Shown here in pieces: positions 38,481 to 48,752 of a DNA stretch of 64,000 nt. Location: IMG/VR virus record IMGVR_UViG_3300007735_000917, positions 1 to 64,000 of that record, one strand, 5' to 3'. Within the stretch, counting starts at the first letter, position 1, and each line of letters starts with the position of its first letter. This DNA comes from a virus (taxonomy: Duplodnaviria > Caudoviricetes). The notes beneath the pieces were generated by a model. It was not told the DNA's origin, did no database searches, and saw only the letters and a list, made by a program, of their open reading frames with translations. Made by a program: the position numbers and the translations under genes.

Positions 38481-38999
38481 TTAATTGGTTGGTTCGTGGG
38501 GATAGTCCGATCTTAGATGCTCTAATCTTAACTCCATATTAACAAGTTCTCGTTTAGTGTTTCTCAGTTCACTTTCAAGTTCAGTGATTTTTCTGAGTCT
38601 TGCGTCGAGAATGTAATCTGGATCTGAATGTTCTCTATTTTTGATATCTTCTTCTAATGCACATCCAATGTGGTTTGTACCAAAAAGATATTCAACATCA
38701 TCATTATAGGTATTTTTACCGCAATAATTGCATACCCACTTTTCTTTTCGTTCGTTTGTAATAATCTTTTCTAATCTGGTTAGAGTCTCTACTACTTCAG
38801 TATTAGATTCCGCATTAAGAATATCATATGCCCAGTTTAAAGCATTATCTTCACGATCTTTCAACTCGGGAAAGAGTGTAATTAGTTCATTCTCAATTAG
38901 TCCGATATATGGATCGATTTGTTCTTTTTGAACATTGCGAATTTTACGTGCATAAGTGAGAATGATATTTTTACTTACTGTATCTATTTCTGTTTTCAT
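38481..38999 (-). CDS. Hypothetical protein (CxxC..HxxC motif, coiled coil)
   Basis: 172 aa. Confidence 0.65.
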   Translation of the reverse strand: MKTEIDTVSKNIILTYARKIRNVQKEQIDPYIGLIENELITLFPELKDREDNALNWAYDILNAESNTEVVETLTRLEKIITNERKEKWVCNYCGKNTYNDDVEYLFGTNHIGCALEEDIKNREHSDPDYILDARLRKITELESELRNTKRELVNMELRLEHLRSDYPHEPTN

Positions 39000-39003
39000 A
39001 TGT

Positions 39004-39162
39004 TTATTTAGTGTTTGTTAAATATTTAAGCACTTCTTTTAGTGTGAAATAAAAGAGAAATGGTATCAATACCGCAAAGAAAATCATCAACACCAATATT
39101 AATGCTAATGCAAATAGTGTACCAAATATTATTCCAACCGTCAAATCTATAATTTTATTCAT
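39004..39162 (-). CDS. Small membrane protein (not in ORF track)
   Basis: MNKIIDLTVGIIFGTLFALALILVLMIFFAVLIPFLFY, 52 aa. Confidence 0.55.
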   Translation of the reverse strand: MNKIIDLTVGIIFGTLFALALILVLMIFFAVLIPFLFYFTLKEVLKYLTNTK

Positions 39163-39424
39163 TTTTAAAAAATCTATTGTAAATCAATTTGCCTAAATTA
39201 GCTGCAAATTTACGAGCTTTCTTTTCTGGTAAATCATACAAATGTGCATGAAACACTTCTTCAATCAATACATTGAGTTGTCGTCTAGTCTGTAACTTTG
39301 GATTTACAATTATTGAAGGGTTTTTATTGTCTGGATTGTCACACAAACCATCTGCACGATATCTACCGTGTGGTTTTACGTAATTTACAGTGTACTCTAC
39401 ACCTTCAAAATTCTTAAATTTCAT
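39155..39424 (-). CDS. Zn-metallopeptidase-like hypothetical protein
   Basis: GLCD...LIEEVFHA (degenerate HExxH). Confidence 0.6.
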   Translation of the reverse strand: MKFKNFEGVEYTVNYVKPHGRYRADGLCDNPDNKNPSIIVNPKLQTRRQLNVLIEEVFHAHLYDLPEKKARKFAANLGKLIYNRFFKNE

Positions 39425-39666
39425 TCTAAGAAATCCTTTAATTGTTTTTGATTTTCTGTATTTAAGATTACAAAATCAGACCAAGGTTTACCGTGTCTTA
39501 GTATTTGCCAACACCATCTTAGTCTTTCTGACCAACATAGTGTTCTGCCATTGAGTCCTCGTTCAAACAAGCTCAAAGATACTTCTTCTTCATCTTTAAA
39601 CTTTTCTACAAGAAGTCCGTGTTCAAAACAATCACAAATTAAAAATATAGAATCTTGATCTTTCAT
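39421..39666 (-). CDS. Hypothetical protein
   Basis: 81 aa, overlapping neighbours. Confidence 0.6.
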   Translation of the reverse strand: MKDQDSIFLICDCFEHGLLVEKFKDEEEVSLSLFERGLNGRTLCWSERLRWCWQILRHGKPWSDFVILNTENQKQLKDFLE

Positions 39667-40247
39667 ACAATTAGTTTACGTTCCAATTTCCAAACTTTAG
39701 CAATCAAAAATGAACCAAAATTATATATCAATTTACAGATAAACCTAATAATTTTATTATATGGTTTGATAACTAATTTATAAAGATTAGTAGATTCAAA
39801 CTCTTTGTTCTTTTTAAGTTCTTCAATGAATTGTCTATCGTTTTCTTTTCTTTTAGAGTTATCAGTGGCATCAAACTTAATTAGTTTAATCTTGTCAATA
39901 ACTCCGTCAATAAATACAATTTCAAATTCAACCCAATAGTCATACGGTCCATCGTTATAATTATTATAATCATACATGCATATGGTGTTGGTTGTTTTTA
40001 CATGTGTCCACCAAACTTTGGTTTCTTTTACCATTCCAAACTTTTCAAAGAATGTTTTACCGTTTGGATCGCCTTCAGTATATTCTCGTTCACATTCACG
40101 CAACCATAGTGTGCCATCTTCACGAATTTCATAACAATCCAAAGCATTGTCCAAATCTTTGGTTTGAAATCTGAGTGGAACAAATCCTTTAGTATCTTCT
40201 GGTAAAGGAAGGGGGTATTTACATACTATGTCATCATACATACCCAT
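39663..40247 (-). CDS. Hypothetical phage protein
   Basis: MGMYD...FQTKDL...Y.IREDG.L. Confidence 0.7.
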   Translation of the reverse strand: MGMYDDIVCKYPLPLPEDTKGFVPLRFQTKDLDNALDCYEIREDGTLWLRECEREYTEGDPNGKTFFEKFGMVKETKVWWTHVKTTNTICMYDYNNYNDGPYDYWVEFEIVFIDGVIDKIKLIKFDATDNSKRKENDRQFIEELKKNKEFESTNLYKLVIKPYNKIIRFICKLIYNFGSFLIAKVWKLERKLIV

Positions 40248-40250
40248 AAA

Positions 40251-40484
40251 TTAGTTACCTCCATTTTTGTATTCTTGAACGTCATATAGAAAACTACGAA
40301 ATGCTTGAAAATCTTCAATATCAGCCTGTAATTCTCCATCCGTCTTGTAATCCTTGATATATTCACATAACGAATCAATGTAGTACCTTGGAATAGTGAT
40401 GTTTTTACCATCAAACTTCAAGTCATCGTGTTGAATAATGATTGGATTGATTACTTTGTCTTTGATTGTTAGTTCCGTTTCCAT
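40251..40484 (-). CDS. Hypothetical protein
   Basis: 77 aa after TTGACA-N16-TATAGA promoter (40493-40520). Confidence 0.6.
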   Translation of the reverse strand: METELTIKDKVINPIIIQHDDLKFDGKNITIPRYYIDSLCEYIKDYKTDGELQADIEDFQAFRSFLYDVQEYKNGGN

Positions 40485-40561
40485 AGTAGTATTCTATATC
40501 TAACTATCAAACTTTGTCAATATAAAAAATTATTTCGAAATATAAAAAATAGATATAGATA

Positions 40562-41404
40562 ATGAAAGGGATTATTTTAGCTGGAGGTACCGGTAGTAGA
40601 TTATATCCATTAACCAGTACAATAAATAAACAATTGTTGCCTGTTTATGACAAGCCGATGATTTATTATCCATTTTGCACATTATTGTCGTGTGGTATTA
40701 AAGATTTTTGCATTATTTCTTCTCCTGAATATTTGCCTTCTTATGAAAAGTTATTTGGAGATGGCACTCAATTGGGAGTTAAGATTACTTATAAAGTGCA
40801 ATATAAGCCAAGAGGAATAGCTGAAAGTTTCATTATAGCCGAAGACTTTATTGGTGATGATAATGTTGCTCTTATACTAGGAGACAATATATTCCACGGA
40901 ATGCCCAGAGTCAAGCCTTTACTTGAAGGTGCAATTATTTTTGGTTATGAAGTTAATGATCCTAGAGCTTATGGAGTTATTGAATTTGATAGTGAAAACA
41001 ACGTAATAAGCATAGAAGAAAAACCAGTTGAACCCAAGAGCAATTATGCGGTACCAGGCTTATATTTTTATGACAAAAGAGTAGTTCAGTATGCTAAATC
41101 ACTTAAGCCTTCCAACAGAGGTGAAATTGAAATAACTGATTTAAACTTAATATATCTTGACAAAGCGCAGCTTACCGCTGTAAAATTTGCTAAAGGCACA
41201 GCGTGGTTAGATGCTGGAAGTGCTGAAACATTATTTGAAAGTAGTGCTTATATACAAGCTATTCAATCAAGACAGGGAATTAAAATAGGATGTATAGAAG
41301 AAGAGTGCTACAAGCGCAAATATATAAATAAAGCGCAATTGCAGTGCTTAATAGGTAAAATGCCTGAAAGTGAATACAAAAAATATTTATTAAAATTATT
41401 ATGA
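40562..41404 (+). CDS. rmlA: Glucose-1-phosphate thymidylyltransferase
   Basis: MKGIILAGGTGSRLYPLT..NKQLLPVYDKPMIYYP, LILGDNIF, EKP..PKSNYAVPGLYFYD. Confidence 0.95.
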   Translation: MKGIILAGGTGSRLYPLTSTINKQLLPVYDKPMIYYPFCTLLSCGIKDFCIISSPEYLPSYEKLFGDGTQLGVKITYKVQYKPRGIAESFIIAEDFIGDDNVALILGDNIFHGMPRVKPLLEGAIIFGYEVNDPRAYGVIEFDSENNVISIEEKPVEPKSNYAVPGLYFYDKRVVQYAKSLKPSNRGEIEITDLNLIYLDKAQLTAVKFAKGTAWLDAGSAETLFESSAYIQAIQSRQGIKIGCIEEECYKRKYINKAQLQCLIGKMPESEYKKYLLKLL

Positions 41405-42267
41405 TTATATTATTCGGATCAAGCGGTTATATTGGAAGTGAATTCAAAAAGCAATTAGCTGAATTAAAGCTACCTGTTTTTCTTTGGCCAAATGCGCATA
41501 AAACCACTTTTGCAGATTTGGAAAAGTGGTATGATGAAGCTGGATATCCACTCATAGGCGCTGTAATAAATGCAGCTGGATATACTGGCAAACCTAATGT
41601 GGATGCATGCGAATTAAACAAAGAAGATACTATCCACGGCAATATTGTATGGCCGCAAATATTAACTGATTGGTGTATGTTAAATGATATACCTTTAGCG
41701 CATGTTTCCAGTGGTTGTATATATGAAGGTAAAAGAGCCGATGGCAATCCTTTTACTGAAGAAGATGTACCAAACTTTAGTTTTGCGCAAAATAACTGTA
41801 GTTTCTACAGTGGTACCAAAGTAATAGGTGAACAAGTAGTAAAGAAGTGGGAAAAGCACTATATTTGGAGATTGCGAATTCCATTTGAAGAGTTTGATAA
41901 TTCTAGAAATTATATAAGCAAAATATTAAAGTATGAAAGACTGTTAGATGCTGAAAATAGTGTAAGCAACAAACAAGAATTTGTAAGTGCTTGTATTCAA
42001 ACCATTACCAAAGAAGTTCCATATGGTACATATAATGTGACCAATGGTGGTTATATCACGACCAAGGGTGTAGTAGAAAAGTTTAAGAATACAATTGCAA
42101 AAGACAAAACCTTTACATTTGTGGAAGAAGATGAATTTTATAAAAATGTAGTCAAAACACCCCGATCAAATTGCGTGATGAGCAACGAAAAGTTGTTGTC
42201 AACTGGAATCAAAATGAGAACCGCAGACGAAGCTTTTGACCATTGCATTAATAATTGGACTGTATGA
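41401..42267 (+). CDS. RmlD-like NAD-dependent sugar epimerase/reductase
   Basis: GSSGYIG, NAAGYTGKPNVDACE, SSGCIY, YSGTK. Confidence 0.85.
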   Translation: MIILFGSSGYIGSEFKKQLAELKLPVFLWPNAHKTTFADLEKWYDEAGYPLIGAVINAAGYTGKPNVDACELNKEDTIHGNIVWPQILTDWCMLNDIPLAHVSSGCIYEGKRADGNPFTEEDVPNFSFAQNNCSFYSGTKVIGEQVVKKWEKHYIWRLRIPFEEFDNSRNYISKILKYERLLDAENSVSNKQEFVSACIQTITKEVPYGTYNVTNGGYITTKGVVEKFKNTIAKDKTFTFVEEDEFYKNVVKTPRSNCVMSNEKLLSTGIKMRTADEAFDHCINNWTV

Positions 42268-43220
42268 ATATATTAGTAACAGGAGGATGTGGATTTATTG
42301 GAAGTCACTTTATAGAAGAAATTCTAAAAAGAGATGATGTTGTTATGGTTTATAACATTGATTGTGGTACTTATGCTGCAAACAAAAAACTTCCCTTTCA
42401 AAAAAATCCTAGATATCACAGATTGTCACTGGACATTGCTGCGCCTTATTTTCCAGATCAAAAGAAATATATTGATTCGTTAAATTTAGATTATGTGATT
42501 CATTTTGCAGCAGAATCGCACGTGGATAACTCTATCAAAGGACCAAAAAGATTTATTGAAACAAACATTATCGGTACTTTTAATCTATTAGAAATGCTTA
42601 AGGGTACAAACATAAAGAAGTTTATTCACGTATCCACCGATGAAGTGTATGGATCATTGAATCACAAAGAAGGATCTTTTACTACAGACAGTCCTTATAG
42701 AGCAAATAATCCATATTCAGCTACTAAAGCTGCCAGCGATCTACTGGTTAGAAGTTATAACAAAACTTATAATTTCCCAGCAATTATTACCAATTGCAGC
42801 AACAACTTTGGGTCCAGACAATATACTGAAAAGATGATTCCAGTATGTATTCAGAAACTTCTCAACAAAGAAGCCATACCTTTATATGGTAATGGGTCGA
42901 ATGTAAGAGACTGGATCTATGTCAAAGACCACGTTAATGCACTTATATGCGTTCTATTAGATGGTAAAATAGGAAAACAGTATTTGATAGGGTCTGACAA
43001 CGAACTATCTAACTATGAGCTTATACACGTGATTAAAGATGTATATAGTACTATAACTGGAATAGAAGTAGACTGGGAATGGTTTAAATATGTTGAAGAC
43101 CGTAAAGGACACGATAGTAGATACAGCATTGACAATCGTGACTTCAAGATGGAGTTTCCTCAATTTAACACAACTAAATTTGATATTGCTATTTTGGAAA
43201 CGGTCAAATCATATTTATAA
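42264..43220 (+). CDS. rmlB: dTDP-glucose 4,6-dehydratase
   Basis: ILVTGGCGFIGS, HFAAESHVD, HVSTDEVYG, PYSATKA, RDWIYVKDH. Confidence 0.95.
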   Translation: MNILVTGGCGFIGSHFIEEILKRDDVVMVYNIDCGTYAANKKLPFQKNPRYHRLSLDIAAPYFPDQKKYIDSLNLDYVIHFAAESHVDNSIKGPKRFIETNIIGTFNLLEMLKGTNIKKFIHVSTDEVYGSLNHKEGSFTTDSPYRANNPYSATKAASDLLVRSYNKTYNFPAIITNCSNNFGSRQYTEKMIPVCIQKLLNKEAIPLYGNGSNVRDWIYVKDHVNALICVLLDGKIGKQYLIGSDNELSNYELIHVIKDVYSTITGIEVDWEWFKYVEDRKGHDSRYSIDNRDFKMEFPQFNTTKFDIAILETVKSYL

Positions 43221-43223
43221 TAT

Positions 43224-43610
43224 GTGCCCGTTAGAATTTATTCTAAAGAAGCCAAGGACTTAACTCTCTTTGAAGAAAAGAGTTGTGGAAAACTGGTATC
43301 TTCTGGATCGATTTATTCGGTGTATGTTGAATGTTGTACCCCAGATAAAAAAATACCAAATAGAGTATTTTTAGCCAAGGACAATGGTAAGATTGTAGGG
43401 TGGTCCATTATACGACTAAAGAAAAAAATGGGAGTTAATGGATACTTTGAGTTTATGGTTTATATCAAACGTCTTTATAGACGTAAAGGTATAGCAACAA
43501 AGATGTACAAAAGATCTCGTAAATACTTCAACTTGGAAGATGACGATATAAAGGTATACAAAACAGACAGAGCCAATATTAGTTTCTTTGACTCTGTTAT
43601 GGAGTCATAG
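43224..43610 (+). CDS. GNAT-family acetyltransferase
   Basis: YIKRLYRRKGIATKM. Confidence 0.7.
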   Translation: MPVRIYSKEAKDLTLFEEKSCGKLVSSGSIYSVYVECCTPDKKIPNRVFLAKDNGKIVGWSIIRLKKKMGVNGYFEFMVYIKRLYRRKGIATKMYKRSRKYFNLEDDDIKVYKTDRANISFFDSVMES

Positions 43611-43973
43611 ATTCTTATTGTAGATAGTTAATTTTGGATTTTGATATCCAAACTTTTTCACCAATTGACCAGCCACACTGTTTGCTTCATCTTCAATTTC
43701 CCCACCAATATCTTGGGAAGGTATTTCCAACTTACCAGTTTCATTTTGTTGGTGGTGAATTAGTTCGTGAGCTATACTACGCAAAATGTCTGCCAATCCT
43801 CTATCTTTACAATAAACCTTAACATCTCCATTTGTTTGATTGTAATATGCATATGTTCGCAAATCATCATCTCGTTGTTTTACCAACTTGACTTTGAAAG
43901 GTTTATTTAAAGCCAATTCATCACTGACAAATTTAATGAATTTAAGAATTGTGTATTTACTCAATTTATCCAT
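43605..43973 (-). CDS. ImmA/IrrE-like HExxH metallopeptidase
   Basis: SIAHELIHHQQ...EDEAN. Confidence 0.75.
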   Translation of the reverse strand: MDKLSKYTILKFIKFVSDELALNKPFKVKLVKQRDDDLRTYAYYNQTNGDVKVYCKDRGLADILRSIAHELIHHQQNETGKLEIPSQDIGGEIEDEANSVAGQLVKKFGYQNPKLTIYNKNL

Positions 43974-43974
43974 A

Positions 43975-44427
43975 TTAGAGTCCCGCTTCTTTATAAGACA
44001 TCTTTATTTTACCTTCATCAATCAAACGTTTGCGGTTTTGTAAATGAAGATTCTTTACGTTGTCTTTGTTTTCCCCAAGATATTTTACAGCAAAACCCTC
44101 TTCAATAAGAGAATTATTCAACACTTCTTTGGATTCCGGATTAATAATTTCCCCGAGTAATCTACCAAATTTTTCACTATCATCGCTTTTGTGAGTACGT
44201 AAAATTACATCTTTTTTGCAATTTTCAACAAAGGATTTGGTGTAGTCTTTACTTGCTAATCCAAATACCTTTTCAATTTTATCACTGGTACGACTTTCTG
44301 GGGTATCAACTCCCAATAATCTTACACTTTGATTAGATAGTACCACATTGAACCCCAAGTCAATGTCAACAACAATTGTGTCACCATCTACAACATTTGT
44401 AACCTTAGCGTGATATTCGTATGGCAT
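43975..44427 (-). CDS. Thermonuclease (SNase) family protein
   Basis: VVDGDT, VRLLGVDTPE, KFGRLL, N..LI..G.A. Confidence 0.9.
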   Translation of the reverse strand: MPYEYHAKVTNVVDGDTIVVDIDLGFNVVLSNQSVRLLGVDTPESRTSDKIEKVFGLASKDYTKSFVENCKKDVILRTHKSDDSEKFGRLLGEIINPESKEVLNNSLIEEGFAVKYLGENKDNVKNLHLQNRKRLIDEGKIKMSYKEAGL

Positions 44428-44428
44428 A

Positions 44429-44788
44429 TTATGATAGTGTTAATAGATACTTTAGTTTGTTTAACTGAGCTAACATTTCATCTCTGATATTAAATAAATC
44501 GGTATCAGATTCTTCTAGAGACTTTGGTAATTCGTTTACCAAATAATCAACGTATTTATCCACAAAGTCTGTAGGAGATATATCTTTGTAGTTCTCTAAT
44601 TCGATTTTGAATCCGTCACGACTTTCAATTCTTCCATATTTACCCATAAATACTTCAATGAATTCGTCGATTAGACCAGAAAATTCGTCGTATGCTCCAC
44701 CCAAAGCTTGGTGTTCTGCATAACTTTTAGTTTGCCAGTGATGTATTTTTAACTGGTTATGTAATGTCAAAAGATTGGTTACTATCAT
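44429..44788 (-). CDS. Ferritin/Dps-like protein (DUF5856-like)
   Basis: HHWQTKSYAEHQALG..YD..D..IE...NIRDEM..KLKYLLTL; start reassigned to the ATG after the late motif. Confidence 0.75.
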   Translation of the reverse strand: MIVTNLLTLHNQLKIHHWQTKSYAEHQALGGAYDEFSGLIDEFIEVFMGKYGRIESRDGFKIELENYKDISPTDFVDKYVDYLVNELPKSLEESDTDLFNIRDEMLAQLNKLKYLLTLS

Positions 44789-44855
44789 AATAGATATAAA
44801 TATCATATTCATAATAAAATAACCAAAACAAAAATAAATCAATTATTTATAATTA

Positions 44856-45191
44856 ATGAAAGCAGTTATATATTTTGTCTTTAGAGACAGTGAAGAAAAT
44901 TACATCGAAGATATTCAAAAGCAATTAACTTACGATGTCAAACAATTTATTATTACCGATGTAATCAATCCTAGTAAATCAATATACACTAAAATTGAAA
45001 ACATCTTTTACTTTAAAGATATGACATCGTGTTTAAACAATGTATCGGATATATTGAATTATCTTGAAATGTTTAATTATAAACAAGTATTGTTACTAAA
45101 TCCGAATAAGTCTTACGATTCAAATCAACTAACATTCAAAGATGTATCAACAGTTAAAGAAGAGTTCTCCGTTGTAAATAACATTTTGTGA
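44856..45191 (+). CDS. Hypothetical protein
   Basis: 111 aa. Confidence 0.5.
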   Translation: MKAVIYFVFRDSEENYIEDIQKQLTYDVKQFIITDVINPSKSIYTKIENIFYFKDMTSCLNNVSDILNYLEMFNYKQVLLLNPNKSYDSNQLTFKDVSTVKEEFSVVNNIL

Positions 45192-46166
45192 TCCTTCAAA
45201 AGTTTTTACCAATTTGTCATTTATCACAAGTTTTGTACTGCTTATTAACTGTGGGTCTATATAAGAATAATACCAACAGCCTGGATATATAGTGGTGTCT
45301 TCGTGTAACATATTACCAACATATATTTTCATATTAACAGGATCTGATAACAAAACACTAGAATAATAAAAAACTGGTTTGTTATTAATTATGTCATATA
45401 TGAAATTGCATCTAGAATCATCAATTAAATTCCTATAAGAATAAACTTGATTAATAGAAGAATACTTAAATATATCAGATAAACTTCTAGTTTCCTCCAA
45501 TATTTTACAATCAGCCGATTTATACTTTGTCACCAACTTAGTAAAAACTGTTTCAAAAAAATGACCGTATATTTCAACATCGTTGTTTTTATACTCATAT
45601 TCTGAATAAGCAAAGTTTTTAACAATGTCATACATTGTATTAACTTTACCCAAATGAAAATAAGTACAATATACCAATTCAGTGCTTGTTGTATGTTTTT
45701 GAAAACAAAATGTAATTAAATCGTGTTCACATAAATTTTTAAAATATTTTCTTATATTGTGTAAATCGTGGTTATGAATGTAATGATCATCTTCAATATA
45801 AAAATAATTATCATACCCAAGGCATTTAGCATAACTCACCAATGAACGATAATTACGAAGTAAAGATGGAAAATGAGTATCGTGATAAAACATCACTTTA
45901 TGATGTGAGTTAACATCATACATAAAATAACCACCACCTGATGCTTTATAGTAATCGTAATAAAACTTCTTATCACATTTGTGACTTGTATAGTCGTAAA
46001 TCAAATGTTTGGATTTTTCTACAATATAAGATGGTAATAGGTCTGTAGTAGATAAAGTTATTATATCATAACCCAAATTTAAAAGTTGTTTGAAATTCTT
46101 CAAACACATTTTTGATCTATTAACCGAACTGGGACTGGTTAAAAATAATATAACATTTTTAGACAT
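45147..46166 (-). CDS. Hypothetical protein, possibly glycosyltransferase-like
   Basis: LGYDNYFYIEDD (DxD-like). Confidence 0.6.
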   Translation of the reverse strand: MSKNVILFLTSPSSVNRSKMCLKNFKQLLNLGYDIITLSTTDLLPSYIVEKSKHLIYDYTSHKCDKKFYYDYYKASGGGYFMYDVNSHHKVMFYHDTHFPSLLRNYRSLVSYAKCLGYDNYFYIEDDHYIHNHDLHNIRKYFKNLCEHDLITFCFQKHTTSTELVYCTYFHLGKVNTMYDIVKNFAYSEYEYKNNDVEIYGHFFETVFTKLVTKYKSADCKILEETRSLSDIFKYSSINQVYSYRNLIDDSRCNFIYDIINNKPVFYYSSVLLSDPVNMKIYVGNMLHEDTTIYPGCWYYSYIDPQLISSTKLVINDKLVKTFEGSQNVIYNGELFFNC

Positions 46167-46169
46167 AAC

Positions 46170-46367
46170 CTAAGTAACTACTTCAACTTTACATTTAGTT
46201 TTATTAAAGAATCCTTCGTCAATTAAATACTTAACCGTTAGATCACACCGATTTTTAAAATCATAAAAAGCAATCTCAGAAGGTTTCCAGATACGGATAG
46301 TGCTGGCATCTTTTATTTCAAATTTTATACCATTTACATATCCACTCTTTTTAGTACTACTGAACAT
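46170..46367 (-). CDS. Small hypothetical protein
   Basis: MFSSTKK...VKYLIDEGF; late-type motif upstream. Confidence 0.55.
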   Translation of the reverse strand: MFSSTKKSGYVNGIKFEIKDASTIRIWKPSEIAFYDFKNRCDLTVKYLIDEGFFNKTKCKVEVVT

Positions 46368-46468
46368 TATTAATAAATATGTCAGTGTATTCAAAGGATA
46401 TTAAAATATAGTCGGCGCACAAATATAAAAATTTTGACAGCTGAAAAGTATAATTAACAAACTATGTA

Positions 46469-46942
46469 TTGAAAATGAAAATTGAGTTACAACGTTATTT
46501 AAAGAAAAAGTTCCCAGAAATGTATCCGGATAATTTGTCATTCGATTGTGATAATGGTTGGTTTAGACTTTTATTGTGGTTGAGTAGATATCTCGAAATG
46601 TATATCACTCAACAAAATGAAATGGCAAAATCAAACCCACAACATTATCTGCCAGTAAAACAAATTGTTGCTAAACAAATAAAACAAAAGTTTGGCACAT
46701 TAAGATTTTATTATGAGGGTGGAAATCAACACACCCAATCAATAATTGAATATACAACATTTATATCAGGTTATATTTGTGAACAAACAGGCGCTACTAT
46801 GGATGTTGGTTATAACCACAATGGATTTGTACAAGTACTACACAAAGATTTAGCCAGAAACAAAAATGATTTTAACTTCGTTGATGACGAAGAGTTACGA
46901 ACAATACTAAAAACATATGACCAAAAAACTAATGCTCAATAA
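46469..46942 (+). CDS. Hypothetical phage protein
   Basis: CDNGW...QIKQKFGTLRFY...ICE..G. Confidence 0.7.
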   Translation: MKMKIELQRYLKKKFPEMYPDNLSFDCDNGWFRLLLWLSRYLEMYITQQNEMAKSNPQHYLPVKQIVAKQIKQKFGTLRFYYEGGNQHTQSIIEYTTFISGYICEQTGATMDVGYNHNGFVQVLHKDLARNKNDFNFVDDEELRTILKTYDQKTNAQ

Positions 46943-47516
46943 TGATGATATATCTGATGTATCTCACGACAAACAAAAATTCGTCTCTGTCATTGACAAC
47001 AACGAGTTATATTTTTACAACGATGTAAATACAGAATCAGCACTAATAGTAAATAAAACGTTAAGTGATTTAGCTAGACAATTGTTAATAGCACAAATTA
47101 CATTTGATCTACAAGAAACTCCCCACATCAAATTACACATCAATAGTGATGGTGGAGAAGTATTCGGCGCATTGAGTATAGTAGATAGAATTCAAGCATC
47201 CAAAGTACCTGTACATTCATATGCAGAAGGATTGGTAGCAAGTGCATCTACATTAATCAGTGTAAGTTGTCACAAACGTTATATACGTAAAAACACTATC
47301 TTGTTGATTCATCAAGTGAGAAGTTGGTTTGAGGGTACATACGAAGACTTCAATGACGAAAAACAAAATATGGACTTGATAATGAAAGTTGTTAAAGACA
47401 TATATTTGAAACATACAAAGTTTACTGAAGACGAATTAAATACACTGTTAAAACGTGACATTTATTTGAACGCAGAAGACGCAATTAAGTACGGATTAGC
47501 CGATGAAATCGTCTAG
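46917..47516 (+). CDS. clpP: ClpP-like protease subunit
   Basis: LHINSDGG, ASAS (catalytic Ser), LLIHQ (His), RDIYLNAEDAIKYGLADEI. Confidence 0.85.
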   Translation: MTKKLMLNNDDISDVSHDKQKFVSVIDNNELYFYNDVNTESALIVNKTLSDLARQLLIAQITFDLQETPHIKLHINSDGGEVFGALSIVDRIQASKVPVHSYAEGLVASASTLISVSCHKRYIRKNTILLIHQVRSWFEGTYEDFNDEKQNMDLIMKVVKDIYLKHTKFTEDELNTLLKRDIYLNAEDAIKYGLADEIV

Positions 47517-47835
47517 AGATAAAGAGGGATACGTATATATCATCAGTAACTGCAACTTTCCTGGTTATTACAAAGTGGGAGTTACTAATGATATAAAATC
47601 AAGATTACGCACATATCAAACATCTTCTCCTCTACGTAACTATAAAATTGAACATTACATAGAACACCCAAATTGTTATGAAGCTGAAAAGAAAATAGCT
47701 GAAAAGTTAAGATATTTTGCTACGGAAATCAAAAATGAATGGTTCAAATGTGATCTTGAAATTGTCAAGGGAAGACTAGATGAAAGTTTAGAACCCGAAG
47801 AAAATGTGTTGACTTTTATAAAAAGAAGGGTATAG
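47503..47835 (+). CDS. T5orf172/GIY-YIG-like protein
   Basis: GYVYII...YKVG.T..R...YQT.SP..EWF. Confidence 0.8.
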   Translation: MKSSRDKEGYVYIISNCNFPGYYKVGVTNDIKSRLRTYQTSSPLRNYKIEHYIEHPNCYEAEKKIAEKLRYFATEIKNEWFKCDLEIVKGRLDESLEPEENVLTFIKRRV

Positions 47836-47836
47836 T
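47809..47836 (+). promoter_or_regulatory. Sigma70-type promoter
   Basis: TTGACT-N16-TATAGT upstream of the HNH gene. Confidence 0.65.
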
Positions 47837-47848
47837 TATAGTATAGTT

Positions 47849-48493
47849 ATGAATACAATAGCTAATAAATTGATCTGTTTGAACCTAAATTCGAACTGGC
47901 AACCAATTGGTTTCAAAACCGTAAAAGATGCAATTATTGATCTTTGTGGTGGTGAAGTTGATGGTAAACCTTCTAGTTTGGCGTTGGACATTGACTACGA
48001 ACTTCTTGAGAACGGAGAGCCAAATCTTTCTGCTCCCAAGAATATGAATCCCGTAAGTTGGACCGAGTGGTTGAAACTACCTATTCGTCCCTGGGATTTG
48101 GTAATCAATTCAGCTCATATGTCTGTACGTGTACCAACCGTTATCATTGCTGTTAATTTCAGTAAAATGCCTGTAAAGTCATTTAAGGGAAAACCCAGCA
48201 AAGATGCAATTTATAACCGTGATAATGGTATCTGTCAGTATACTGGCAAAAAGATTGATCGTCACGCAGCTACTGTAGACCATATTCTACCTCGTAGTAA
48301 AGGTGGAGAAGACAGTTGGACCAATCTGGTACTGTGTTCACGGGATATCAATTCTAAAAAAGGTAATAGACTAAATACAGAAGCTGGTTTGAAGTTGATC
48401 AAACAACCTAGTATTCCACAACCAATTCCAGTGTCAGCTTTGATTAAAGAAGCAAAACACAAAGATTGGGAACACTTTTTGATGGGTGTTTAA
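47849..48493 (+). CDS. HNH endonuclease (McrA-like)
   Basis: IYNRD..CQYTG, TVDHILPRSKGG..SW.NLV.C...N..K. Confidence 0.88.
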   Translation: MNTIANKLICLNLNSNWQPIGFKTVKDAIIDLCGGEVDGKPSSLALDIDYELLENGEPNLSAPKNMNPVSWTEWLKLPIRPWDLVINSAHMSVRVPTVIIAVNFSKMPVKSFKGKPSKDAIYNRDNGICQYTGKKIDRHAATVDHILPRSKGGEDSWTNLVLCSRDINSKKGNRLNTEAGLKLIKQPSIPQPIPVSALIKEAKHKDWEHFLMGV

Positions 48494-48564
48494 ACAAATA
48501 TTAACTAATTTTAAAATACACAAATATATAATCTTAATCGATTATATATTTTTTTTGCGTCTGT

Positions 48565-48741
48565 ATGAAAAAGAACAAAAGCATCACCGTCAATATCAAT
48601 GGAAACGAAGTGGTTTTGGATGAAGCGGAAATCAAATTTTACCTATCCGAAACCAAAAAGAAAAAGGTCAACAAATCTAAAATAGAAAAATTCTTTACAA
48701 ACTTAGGTAACATTTTTAATAAAAATAACGAATCTAATTGA
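48565..48741 (+). CDS. Small basic protein (not in ORF track)
   Basis: MKKNKSITVNINGNEVV... 58 aa. Confidence 0.5.
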   Translation: MKKNKSITVNINGNEVVLDEAEIKFYLSETKKKKVNKSKIEKFFTNLGNIFNKNNESN

Positions 48742-48752
48742 TATTTATTGTT

